From Candidatus Hydrogenedentota bacterium (GTDB lineage Bacteria > Hydrogenedentota > Hydrogenedentia > Hydrogenedentales > SLHB01), in NCBI GenBank assembly GCA_029974275.1, contig JARKSN010000059.1, positions 1 through 49,870 on the forward strand: a stretch of DNA of 49,870 nucleotides, given 5' to 3'. Position numbers and translations under genes: made by a program. The notes beneath the pieces are model-generated. The model did no database searches. It worked only from the letters and a program-made list of their open reading frames with translations, and had not been told where the DNA came from. Below, piece by piece: positions 29,209 to 37,729 of the stretch; the stretch's first letter is position 1, and the number at the start of each line of letters is the position of its first letter.

Positions 29209-29901
29209 CTACCCCAATTCCTGATCAAGGCTGTCGTGAAGCCTATTCAGCGACTGTTCCACCTGAAGTCGCGTCTGCTCGATGGCCTCGATCGTGTTCT
29301 CCTGGGGCGGGGGAATGGGATCAGCGTAGGCGCACACTATCGTGGCAAACGGTTTCGGAATCATGAGCCTGTCCCAGGAACGCATCCGCCATAGCCTTGA
29401 TATGGCAAAAACATTCGGAAGAATAGGCAATCTCGTCCGTGCAGCAAGAATGGCGATCCCGGATTTTGCCTCCCGGCGCGGCCCTTTGGGGCCGTCCACT
29501 GTAATGCCGACGGTGCTGTCTTCTTTCGCGGCGCGTTCGAGCGCGAGCAACGCCTTGGCGCCCCCCCGGGAAGAAGAGCCGCGCAACGCGGCAATGCCGC
29601 AACGCCAGGAAATGCGCGCCGCCAACTCTCCGTCGAAACTGTAACTGGTCAACGTGACAAAGCCGGAATTTCTATATCGCCAAATGGCCAAACCCAGCAC
29701 CTCGTGCCACGTAGCAAGAAGAGTTCGCCCGTGAATGGACAGGGTCGAATCAAAAACGGCTTTATTTCTGTACTCCATCTCGCACGTGGAACATACCGCC
29801 TTGAGAAAGGAAGAAATGGCGAAGGAGGAAACGGAAAGTCCCATGCGCTGCCACAGCGTGAATGGGAGCGGGCTCGGCTGAAACGGAACCGTGCGCCTCA
29901 A
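29209..29901 (-). CDS. DUF374 lysophospholipid acyltransferase-like protein
   Basis: WH, S.S.DGE, RGSSSRGG, TVDGPKGP, SWDR..IPKPF; TTG start overlapping the upstream stop is inferred. Confidence 0.85.
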   Translation of the reverse strand: MRRTVPFQPSPLPFTLWQRMGLSVSSFAISSFLKAVCSTCEMEYRNKAVFDSTLSIHGRTLLATWHEVLGLAIWRYRNSGFVTLTSYSFDGELAARISWRCGIAALRGSSSRGGAKALLALERAAKEDSTVGITVDGPKGPRREAKSGIAILAARTRLPILPNVFAISRLWRMRSWDRLMIPKPFATIVCAYADPIPPPQENTIEAIEQTRLQVEQSLNRLHDSLDQELG

Positions 29902-30773
29902 TGTTGCTCGAGGCCTTTCAGAAGTTGCCAAATCATGCGCGTCCGCGGACACGGAAGAGCGGCTATCTGGCCGCGCCGGAGAATCTCGCCGCTGAGGGCC
30001 TCGATCTCGGTTCTGCGGCCTGCTCGAACGTCTTGCAGCATCGGAAGCACAACGTCGGGATTCTGGGCGCAGAGCTCTTCGGCCCGCTCGATCAGACTGT
30101 ACGAAAAGCGATATCCCTCTGTCGACGCCACCTTCACGGACTCCACCACCAAATCGCGCATAAGTTGACGCGACTCAGACACTTGCAACAAACGGCCCAT
30201 CGGAACGTTCAACAGCGCCGAAAGCGGTTCGATCGCTGCGGATATGGCTGCCTTTTCCCAGAGTATCTGCCCCGGCGCGTCCGTCAATTCAACGGTAAAA
30301 CCCGAGGCTTCGAGCGCTTCTTTGGCCTCCTGAACCGAGCATGACGTCCAGCTGCCAAATACAATTTTTCCAGAAGCTGCGTGCCGAACGCGTCCCTCAT
30401 CGACAGTCTCTGCATATTCGGAGGTTGTTCCTGCTAAAACATGGGAGCTTCCCGTAATGGAACATAATGTTTCAACATTACCCAATCCACCCTGAATCGT
30501 CAGAGCCGGAGAACCGCTATATATCTTCAATGTACTTGTTGAATAAGACTTTACACAAACGATCACAAGGTCCTGACTTGGCGGAACACTTGAAACGATC
30601 GAAGGGGTAGCCGTAATCACTTCTGAAGCGGTTTCGACCTCGATTCCATTTTGCTTCAGACGTTGAATCCGGTCAAGCTTGTGATCCACCAATGTCGTTT
30701 GAATGCCGCTACGGGCAAATCTGGCGGCAAATAAGCACCCCAGCGCGCCTGGTCCGACAATAGATACTTTCAT
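29898..30773 (-). CDS. Ketopantoate reductase (PanE/ApbA) family protein with a divergent active site
   Basis: GPGALG Rossmann motif, VKSY, WEK, MLQD..GR.TE; several substrate-binding residues substituted. Confidence 0.8.
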   Translation of the reverse strand: MKVSIVGPGALGCLFAARFARSGIQTTLVDHKLDRIQRLKQNGIEVETASEVITATPSIVSSVPPSQDLVIVCVKSYSTSTLKIYSGSPALTIQGGLGNVETLCSITGSSHVLAGTTSEYAETVDEGRVRHAASGKIVFGSWTSCSVQEAKEALEASGFTVELTDAPGQILWEKAAISAAIEPLSALLNVPMGRLLQVSESRQLMRDLVVESVKVASTEGYRFSYSLIERAEELCAQNPDVVLPMLQDVRAGRRTEIEALSGEILRRGQIAALPCPRTRMIWQLLKGLEQH

Positions 30774-30820
30774 ATCGCGTACGTTGCTCCCTTTTCGCCC
30801 CCCGCGAGAGGGTTACATGT

Positions 30821-31714
30821 TCAGCTTCGCTCTTTTACAAAGCATTCCTTGAAACCGGATCTCTTTTGAAGATCCTGTCGAGCCTTGTTCGCCTCTTCGC
30901 GAGTCGCGTAGTCGCCGATGAAAACACGCATGTATTTACCGTCTTCTGAGGGCACGATTTCCGCCCTGAGATCGCTGTTCGCCTCAAGCAGTTTTTTGTA
31001 ATTTTCTGCCTGCTCTCGATTCTTGACGTCGTAGGCGACGACTTGGACGGTGAATCGTTTTTCTGATCGGGCAGATCCCGTCGATGTGGACGGCGCGGGA
31101 GCCGTCGCGGGGGATGGAAGAGCAGGAGAGGGCTTGGTCTCCGTGGAGGGAATGGACGATGCGGGAGGCTGAGCCTTGGCTGCGGGAATCTCTCCTGTGG
31201 TGTTTTCCGGCGTGGTTACGATAGGTTGTGTGGTTGTTTTCAATGCGGTTTCGGGCATTCCGGCGGAAGCGGCGGGGGAAGGCGCAGGGGGCGCCATGGG
31301 AATTGGAACATCCCGAGCAGTCGCCCCCCTGGGGGGAGGGGCCGGCAAACTGGTGCTTCTCGGAACGGCATCGGCTGGAGCCTGACTTTTGACCAGGGGC
31401 GATGTAGGCACTTGGGGCCATGTCTGCTGTCCCGTGGCTGGGACTGTGGAAGCGACCGAGGAAGCGGGGGGGGCGTTGTTTCCGTTCGTTCCGCTGGACT
31501 CGGCGGGGGCGTTTGGCGCAAGGAGGGAGGCTCCGATATGGAGGCTGTTTTCGGAACGTCCGACGACCACGCCGAGTAGAAAACAGACCAAGCATACTAT
31601 CAAGGCGATGCAGATGCCTATGATCAACTGAAACGAGGTCAGTTCGGTGACGTGAACATCTTGATCCAACACGGACCTATTCCTGGCCATTCCCTTGCTC
31701 TGCTCCTTGTACAA
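30821..31714 (-). CDS. SPOR domain protein (FtsN/DedD-like architecture)
   Basis: N-terminal TM, Pro/Ala/Thr/Ser-rich linker, C-terminal FTVQV...MRVFIGDY.TREEA; start may be 31690. Confidence 0.85.
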   Translation of the reverse strand: MYKEQSKGMARNRSVLDQDVHVTELTSFQLIIGICIALIVCLVCFLLGVVVGRSENSLHIGASLLAPNAPAESSGTNGNNAPPASSVASTVPATGQQTWPQVPTSPLVKSQAPADAVPRSTSLPAPPPRGATARDVPIPMAPPAPSPAASAGMPETALKTTTQPIVTTPENTTGEIPAAKAQPPASSIPSTETKPSPALPSPATAPAPSTSTGSARSEKRFTVQVVAYDVKNREQAENYKKLLEANSDLRAEIVPSEDGKYMRVFIGDYATREEANKARQDLQKRSGFKECFVKERS

Positions 31715-32240
31715 CGGCGTGTTCTGGGTCTGCCTCTTCGGGATGTTCCCTGTTTTTTAGGCGTTCCAGAAGCGCCTCCCGCCCTTTCTCCAGTTCTTCG
31801 TAGGTCAGGTTAGGATCGCGCACTTCTATCAATCGGTCGCTGATCCGATCCGCGTATAGCGCGCCTCGGGTTTCGTTCTCCGCTTGGTCGAATTCCTTCA
31901 ACAGACGGAAGACCTTCTGCCGGCGAAGCAGTTGCGCCGCCAAAAACGCGATGGAAAGTTCCAGACGCTCTTCCGAAACCGCAGCCTCGTAAAAGACCTG
32001 GCGAAGCGGCGAGAAGGTTTCTGGCGGTTCCAGCTGGTCCGCTTTTGGGTCGCGGTATTGGGTGTTCCAGACAGCCAACGCCCCTGCGGCGTAGGACTCG
32101 TCCCAGGCGTCCATGCCGTAGTCTTCGCGGACAAGGGTCTGGTTCTCTGAACGAATCAACGACACCACGGCGTCGCCGTGCACGAAGTCTCGTTCTGTCG
32201 CACGACACGCGCGGCTGCTTTTGCCAATCTTTATTTCCAT
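31677..32240 (-). CDS. Hypothetical protein
   Basis: GGAGG RBS; overlaps the SPOR gene; protein-like composition (CRAT..F, REDY...W, LLRRQK.F). Confidence 0.7.
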   Translation of the reverse strand: MEIKIGKSSRACRATERDFVHGDAVVSLIRSENQTLVREDYGMDAWDESYAAGALAVWNTQYRDPKADQLEPPETFSPLRQVFYEAAVSEERLELSIAFLAAQLLRRQKVFRLLKEFDQAENETRGALYADRISDRLIEVRDPNLTYEELEKGREALLERLKNREHPEEADPEHAVVQGAEQGNGQE

Positions 32241-32268
32241 GGACCTCCGCGAGCTTTCGCGCCATCCG

Positions 32269-35200
32269 TTATCGGCCTACGCTTATAATGCCTCCCCCGA
32301 TTTTAAGCAACTCGACAAGGATTTTTCTAGGAAAATCAATCAACTCGCTGGTGACGGCCAACGCCCCGCTCACCAAGGTTACGCTGATCGCGGGAACGCC
32401 CGCCACTTCGCTATGGGGACGAAACGTCGGCCCTGTGACGTTGAAGGTCAGTTCTATATTTTGCTGGGCCAACCGGTGTCCCTGCACGGTGATGCTATCC
32501 CGTATGGCTGGAATTTGTTCCGCAACCTGCGGCGATATCGAGACGCCGAGGCTATAGTCCATGTCGCCGCCATGCACGAACCCTCCGTTGCCGCTTATCT
32601 TGACGCCTTTTGAGAGGAGTTCCACGTTGTTCGTAATCACGCGATCGTTTTCGAACAGGACGTCCGACTTGAGCGTGGAAAAAGCGAGCGATGCTGGGAT
32701 GCTCGCCTCTTCGCCGCTCATCCGGCTTTGCAACTGCGAGAGGATATAGTCGGCGTTGAAACGTCCATTCGAGATTTCGAAAGCGCCTTGTCCGCGCAAT
32801 GTGGCCGGGTCGTCGCGGTCCATGCCATACGTGACGTTTCCGCTTATGTTGCCGTTGAGCGCATCGGGAAATTTCAGGTGTTCGAGGAAGAAATGCACGG
32901 GCACATCGTTCCATGTCGCCACTGTCTCGTATGCATTGTCTATGCTGTTGTTGCGATACGAACCCGACAGGCGTCCCTCGTCAATCGCCGCGCTGAAATG
33001 CCGAAGTCCCCCCGACTGATCCTTTAGGTAAGCCTCTCCCGTGAAATCTGTCCCTTTCCAGGGGGGCAGCGTCAACGTCTTCGCAAGAAGCGTATACTCC
33101 CATTCCCGGTCATCGGGCGGAAATTTGGCTGCCAACGCCGGATCATCGGGGCGCATGGGGTTGAACCAATGGTCGCCAAACGAGGGCATCGATGCATGTT
33201 CGGCTTTTATCGAAAGACTGCCCGTGTCGGGGCCTTTGGTCACCGTTCCTTCCAGCGCGGCCCCTTGAATCGCGATGGGACTGCGTCCGCCAACGGGCAG
33301 GATGTCGATGGCGTCGATGGCGCAGGCCATGGTCGCGTGCCAAATGGGGGGATCGTGGCTTTCGCGAACCCAGTCGTACGAGGCCGCCGTTGCCGTCCCT
33401 CCTGTGACTTTGTATGGGATGGCAAGGCATTGTCCCACCGTGCCGATATCAAGTCGTTCGGAGGTCGAGTGCGTCGCCATCAACACCCACTGCCGACCGT
33501 TGTGTTTCATTTCCATATGGGATTTGACGGGGGAATTGACGATCATCAAATCGGCATCGATTGCGGCCGCCGCGCGTGGCGTGATATGGGCGGTCACGGA
33601 GCCGATTGCCCCGATTCCCGGAGGTTTGCGATACCACCATTCGTATGCCACTTGGGTTTGGGTGGCGTCGACCTCCGCTTGAACATCAAAGGCGGCGGGG
33701 TCGAAGGTAAGCACGCCGTTCAGAGAACCTGAGCCGGATATTTCTGTGTCTTTGATCGCCGCGAACAACGGCGTCGCTTCGATACGCGACAGGGTCCCGT
33801 TGAACGCAAGGCGTCCGGAACGGTTCGCTGTGTCAAAGGAAGCGTTTCCCCACCAGGGATTTCCGGTGACTTCTGCGCTCAACGGCGCAATCTTCACGTG
33901 TCGGCCGTCAAACAATAGCATGCCGGCGATTTTCGTCACCGCGATGTTTTGAGAGGCGATTTGGATAGATCCGTTCGAGATCGCGATCTGCGCGTCAAGT
34001 TTCTTGTCCTGCGAATGCCAGCGAAATTCAGAAAGCCCCATCTGAACCGAAGCGGTGGGCCAACGCGCATGCCCGGGTTCAAAGGCGAGTGCGCCTCCAG
34101 ACGCGCGAAGGGTGGCCTGTATGATCGGATCCTTGAGGGACGCCGAGACGGCGATTTCGCCCGTCACGGGATCATCCATGGTCAATTGCGCCGATCCGTA
34201 GTTTTGGGCTGCTTCTTGGATCGCTTGATTCGCCACCGTGGCCAGCGCCGCCTTGTTGATCCGCACATGAAAATCGAGCGTGGGGGAGGAGTCTTCCTGA
34301 TGCGCTATCTCGCCGCGCGCCTCGGCATCGAACATATCGGAGCTGACATGGGCGGAAGTCACCTGGAACCGTCGCGCCAGCGTATCGTATTCGCCGTTTA
34401 GCCGAAATGCGCCATTCAATGGAGGCAGCGAGAGTTTGGGCGTTTGGAAAATCATGGAATCGAAAAGCCCCGACGCCAACATGATCAGTTTCCGGTCGGA
34501 ATCGCTGGAGACCCTGAATTGAGAAACGCTCACCTGGCCCGTCGTCGTCGCATGGAACCCTGGGGCAAAGTCTCTGATCTCGTCCATTGAGATCGTGCGG
34601 CTCTCGGCCCGCACGTCAAAATCATGAGACGAAGCAAAGCGGATCAGTTCCACCTCCCAGCGGCTATCCGGCCATCCCGTGTGCGAAGCGCCCAACGTCC
34701 CGCTCACAACCCCTGAAGCGGGCGAATAGGAAAGGTCCATCTCGACGCGATCGAGCGGAAGCGAGACGCCGCCGGGAAGATTCCGCAGTTCCACGCTACA
34801 GTCTTTTCCCGTCACATGAAGCGGGAAAAAGGAAGAAAAAGGAAGCGACAGTTCCAGTCCGAAACGGGAAGAAGGCAGGGATTTTTCGCTTTCAGCAGGC
34901 ATATCCACTTGCAGGCGCGCCTGTCTGATTTCGATTTGGCTGACCGCCGCGGCCCCCTTCAGCAACGATCCTAAATCGCTGACGAAATAGATCTCGGGAA
35001 CATCCAACACAACGGAAATATCGTTTGCGGAAACGTAGCGGATGGTCACGTCTTCGACCCGAACACTCCGGAATCCAGAAATCGACGCGACTCGAAACGC
35101 GATCGCCGCCCCGGTCTTGGCCTCGGCTAGCCCAATGACGGCAGCGCGCAGTGTCTCCAGCTTGTGTTTGGCAAACAGCACCCCTCCTGCCAGCAGCGCC

Positions 35201-35274
35201 GAAAACAACACCAGCGCCGCTAGAGCCAGCCTTGCTGCACGCCCTTTACGCAAAATCCCGCGTTTTGAACTCAC
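32269..35274 (-). CDS. AsmA-like (YhdP/TamB superfamily) envelope protein
   Basis: N-terminal TM anchor, long beta-strand-rich body, AsmA_2-like C-terminus (GQGAFEISNGRF, F.VTGPTFRP). Confidence 0.75.
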   Translation of the reverse strand: MSSKRGILRKGRAARLALAALVLFSALLAGGVLFAKHKLETLRAAVIGLAEAKTGAAIAFRVASISGFRSVRVEDVTIRYVSANDISVVLDVPEIYFVSDLGSLLKGAAAVSQIEIRQARLQVDMPAESEKSLPSSRFGLELSLPFSSFFPLHVTGKDCSVELRNLPGGVSLPLDRVEMDLSYSPASGVVSGTLGASHTGWPDSRWEVELIRFASSHDFDVRAESRTISMDEIRDFAPGFHATTTGQVSVSQFRVSSDSDRKLIMLASGLFDSMIFQTPKLSLPPLNGAFRLNGEYDTLARRFQVTSAHVSSDMFDAEARGEIAHQEDSSPTLDFHVRINKAALATVANQAIQEAAQNYGSAQLTMDDPVTGEIAVSASLKDPIIQATLRASGGALAFEPGHARWPTASVQMGLSEFRWHSQDKKLDAQIAISNGSIQIASQNIAVTKIAGMLLFDGRHVKIAPLSAEVTGNPWWGNASFDTANRSGRLAFNGTLSRIEATPLFAAIKDTEISGSGSLNGVLTFDPAAFDVQAEVDATQTQVAYEWWYRKPPGIGAIGSVTAHITPRAAAAIDADLMIVNSPVKSHMEMKHNGRQWVLMATHSTSERLDIGTVGQCLAIPYKVTGGTATAASYDWVRESHDPPIWHATMACAIDAIDILPVGGRSPIAIQGAALEGTVTKGPDTGSLSIKAEHASMPSFGDHWFNPMRPDDPALAAKFPPDDREWEYTLLAKTLTLPPWKGTDFTGEAYLKDQSGGLRHFSAAIDEGRLSGSYRNNSIDNAYETVATWNDVPVHFFLEHLKFPDALNGNISGNVTYGMDRDDPATLRGQGAFEISNGRFNADYILSQLQSRMSGEEASIPASLAFSTLKSDVLFENDRVITNNVELLSKGVKISGNGGFVHGGDMDYSLGVSISPQVAEQIPAIRDSITVQGHRLAQQNIELTFNVTGPTFRPHSEVAGVPAISVTLVSGALAVTSELIDFPRKILVELLKIGGGIISVGR

Positions 35275-35283
35275 GTGATCCCG

Positions 35284-36378
35284 TCATTCAAGTTCCGGAT
35301 CGATCTCGGCGGACTCATCGAGGTCTTCTTTGGAAGGCGAAAACGCGCCGGCCTCGAATCCACGCATCTCTAAGATTTTTGCGCGCAACTGCTTGCATAC
35401 TTCCGGATTGTTCTTCAAGTATAGTCGTGTCGCTTCTCGCCCTTGACCGAGATTTTCTCCGTCGAGAGAAAACCACGCGCCGCTCTTCTGGATGAGCTTT
35501 TCGGCCACCGCCAAGTCAAGGATATCCCCTTCCCGGGAAATGCCCTCGCTGAACAGAATATCAAATTCGGCTTGCCGGAAGGGAGGACTTAGTTTGTTTT
35601 TGACTACCTTGGCGCGGACCCGGTTTCCAATATCCTGTTCGCGTTCCTTGATGCCGGCAATGCGGCGCACGTCGATGCGCATGCTGGCATAGAACTTCAG
35701 GGCGCGCCCCCCTGTGGTGGTTTCCGGGTTGCCGAACATGACGCCGATTTTCTCGCGTATCTGGTTGATAAAAATGACTAGGGTTTTGGAACGGCTGATG
35801 GCGGCGGTCAGTTTTCGGAGCGCCTGGGACATGAGGCGCGCCTGCAATCCCATATGGGAATCGCCCATTTCGCCCTCCACCTCCGCCTTCGGAACAAGGG
35901 CTGCAACCGAATCGACAACGATGACGTCCACCGCGTTGCTTCGTACGAGCGTCTCGCATATCTCCAGAGCCTGCTCTGCGTTGTCCGGCTGAGACACCAG
36001 CAAATTTTCAATGTCCACCCCCAAGCGGGTGGCAAAGGTCGGGTCCAGGGCATGTTCCGCGTCAATGACACAGGCGATGCCGCCTTCTTTTTGGGCGTTG
36101 GCGACAACATGCAGAGCCAGGGTGGTCTTCCCAGACGACTCGGGGCCAAAAACTTCAACGACGCGACCGCGGGGGAGACCGCCCAGGCCCGTGGCCATGT
36201 CCAACGAAAGACTTCCCGTGGAAATGGCATTCACCCGATTGACAAAGTGATCGTCGCCCAGCCGCAGCAAAGTCCCCCTGCCGAACTGCTTCTCCAACTG
36301 AGAAACCGCGATATCGAGCGCCTTGGTCTTCATATCATCTTTTTTGGCGCTTTCCTTGTTGTCCCTGCTCGTAGCCAT
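35284..36378 (-). CDS. recA: Recombinase RecA
   Basis: [31 protein letters not shown]. Confidence 0.99.
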   Translation of the reverse strand: MATSRDNKESAKKDDMKTKALDIAVSQLEKQFGRGTLLRLGDDHFVNRVNAISTGSLSLDMATGLGGLPRGRVVEVFGPESSGKTTLALHVVANAQKEGGIACVIDAEHALDPTFATRLGVDIENLLVSQPDNAEQALEICETLVRSNAVDVIVVDSVAALVPKAEVEGEMGDSHMGLQARLMSQALRKLTAAISRSKTLVIFINQIREKIGVMFGNPETTTGGRALKFYASMRIDVRRIAGIKEREQDIGNRVRAKVVKNKLSPPFRQAEFDILFSEGISREGDILDLAVAEKLIQKSGAWFSLDGENLGQGREATRLYLKNNPEVCKQLRAKILEMRGFEAGAFSPSKEDLDESAEIDPELE

Positions 36379-36421
36379 GGTCCCTCCTCCTAAATACTGA
36401 ATATTATTTCAAGCACGCGCC

Positions 36422-36450
36422 ATCATGTCATACTTTCACGGCTCTGTCAA
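36422..36450 (-). promoter_or_regulatory. Putative recA sigma70 promoter
   Basis: Minus strand TTGACA-17 bp-CATGAT. Confidence 0.5.
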
Positions 36451-36549
36451 GAAGGAAATTCGAGTGCGTATTCTACGCTGTTTCTGGCAAAAAACCAAGC
36501 CTCAAGATACGGGGGATAACTGAATGAGATTTCAGCAAAGATAGTGATG

Positions 36550-36578
36550 TTGACAAGCGATCGCGACCATGCTAGAAT
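36550..36578 (+). promoter_or_regulatory. sigma70 promoter of tRNA-Gly
   Basis: TTGACA-17 bp-TAGAAT with extended -10 TG, 16 bp before the tRNA. Confidence 0.85.
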
Positions 36579-36594
36579 AGGAATCACTTTCGGA

Positions 36595-36670
36595 GCGGGA
36601 TTAACTCAGTTGGTAGAGTGCCAGCTTCCCAAGCTGGATGTCGCGGGTTCGAACCCCGTATCCCGCTCCA
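36595..36670 (+). tRNA. tRNA-Gly (anticodon CCC)
   Basis: 76 nt; acceptor stem GCGGGAT/ATCCCGC region, anticodon arm CCAGC-TTCCCAA-GCTGG, GTTCGAA T-loop, encoded CCA end. Confidence 0.97.
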
Positions 36671-36984
36671 GTTTTCTCCTCGTCATGTCACGCTTCCAAA
36701 TCATTGGACCAAACAGAACCATTTCCGGCTCGTCTGCACAAAATCAGCCCAGCGCGTTTCATTATGTTTCATTGCGTTTGGGCCTATCCAGAACGCAACC
36801 ACTGAAAATTCTGCCTCGGCGCGATCCATCACATTCCGTGATCTCATCGTAATTCATTATGCATAAATAGATTGCAGCCTTCTTTTAACATTCGGACTTA
36901 GGTAAAAATATGACATCCATCCAATCAAAGGAAGCGATAAAGAAGATTTCATTACCCACAAAGCCAGAGCATATCTGCGCATAA

Positions 36985-37012
36985 AAACAACATAATATAT
37001 ATTATCAGACGC
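36985..37012 (-). other. dif-like XerC/XerD recombination site
   Basis: Minus strand GCGTCTGATAA-TATATA-TTATGTTGTTT has the 11-6-11 dif architecture (E. coli GGTGCGCATAA-TGTATA-TTATGTTAAAT). Confidence 0.5.
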
Positions 37013-37133
37013 AATAATGGGCGATAAATCCACTCTCCCGACGGTCTTGTGAACCAAAAAACTCTGCTCTGACCAGGTAGGCTCCAGCGCAGTCGCCTGC
37101 GTCCGATGGGCAATTTAGGGTTCCGCGATTCTA

Positions 37134-37436
37134 TCAGGACTGAGACTGAATTTTGGTCAGGAGAGCGCGCAGGGTTGTGCTGAGGGTTTCGAGGAGTTTG
37201 ATTAGGTCTCGCGAGTCGGCCTCTCGGCCCTGTCTTTCGCGGTCCGCCTCTGCGGCAAAATGAAGCGCTGTCATAAGTGCGAAGGTTTGCGTATCAATGC
37301 GAGATGCAGACTTTTCGATGGCGGTTAACTGTTCGTTCACCCGCGCGACGAGTTGCAGCGTTTTTTCTGGGTCTCCGTAGACGGGAATGGTGAGGCGCGT
37401 TCTGCCGAGTTCAACGGATATGGTTTCCGTAGTCAT
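37134..37436 (-). CDS. zapA: Cell division protein ZapA family
   Basis: 100 aa; beta-beta-alpha N-terminus, ALMTALHFA.E motif, C-terminal coiled coil; typical position after pheT. Confidence 0.75.
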   Translation of the reverse strand: MTTETISVELGRTRLTIPVYGDPEKTLQLVARVNEQLTAIEKSASRIDTQTFALMTALHFAAEADRERQGREADSRDLIKLLETLSTTLRALLTKIQSQS

Positions 37437-37729
37437 GGGCCGTATTCGCTGGCGAGGGTTCGGGTAAGCGCGAGAATGTGCTGGAGGCGCTCCCGGATCG
37501 CGACTCGTTCTTCGAGGAGGTGTTGGTTACTTTCAAGAATCTTATCGTAGTCTTCGCCGAGGCGTTCGAGGGTCTTGGCCGTTTTTTGCGTTCTCCAGTG
37601 GTCTTGGAGAATCTGGTCTTTTTGCTCTCGCCCGTCGGCAAGTTTTTTGAGAAGCGCATCGACGGCCTGCCCGAGTTCGTCCAGGGTCTCCTGGAGGGTT
37701 TCCATTTGTCGGGCAAGCATGGGATTCAT
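37433..37729 (-). CDS. Short coiled-coil protein (ZapB-like)
   Basis: Coiled-coil heptads throughout; overlaps pheT and zapA by 4 bp each. Confidence 0.55.
   Translation of the reverse strand: MNPMLARQMETLQETLDELGQAVDALLKKLADGREQKDQILQDHWRTQKTAKTLERLGEDYDKILESNQHLLEERVAIRERLQHILALTRTLASEYGP

Noticed and set aside
36595..36670. tRNA-Gly as attachment site of an integrated island
   Set aside because: No duplicated tRNA 3' end and no integrase seen in the window
36857..37057. 66-aa minus-strand ORF in the AT-rich gap
   Set aside because: No clear RBS or family motif; it reads through the dif-like site (DNIYYV)
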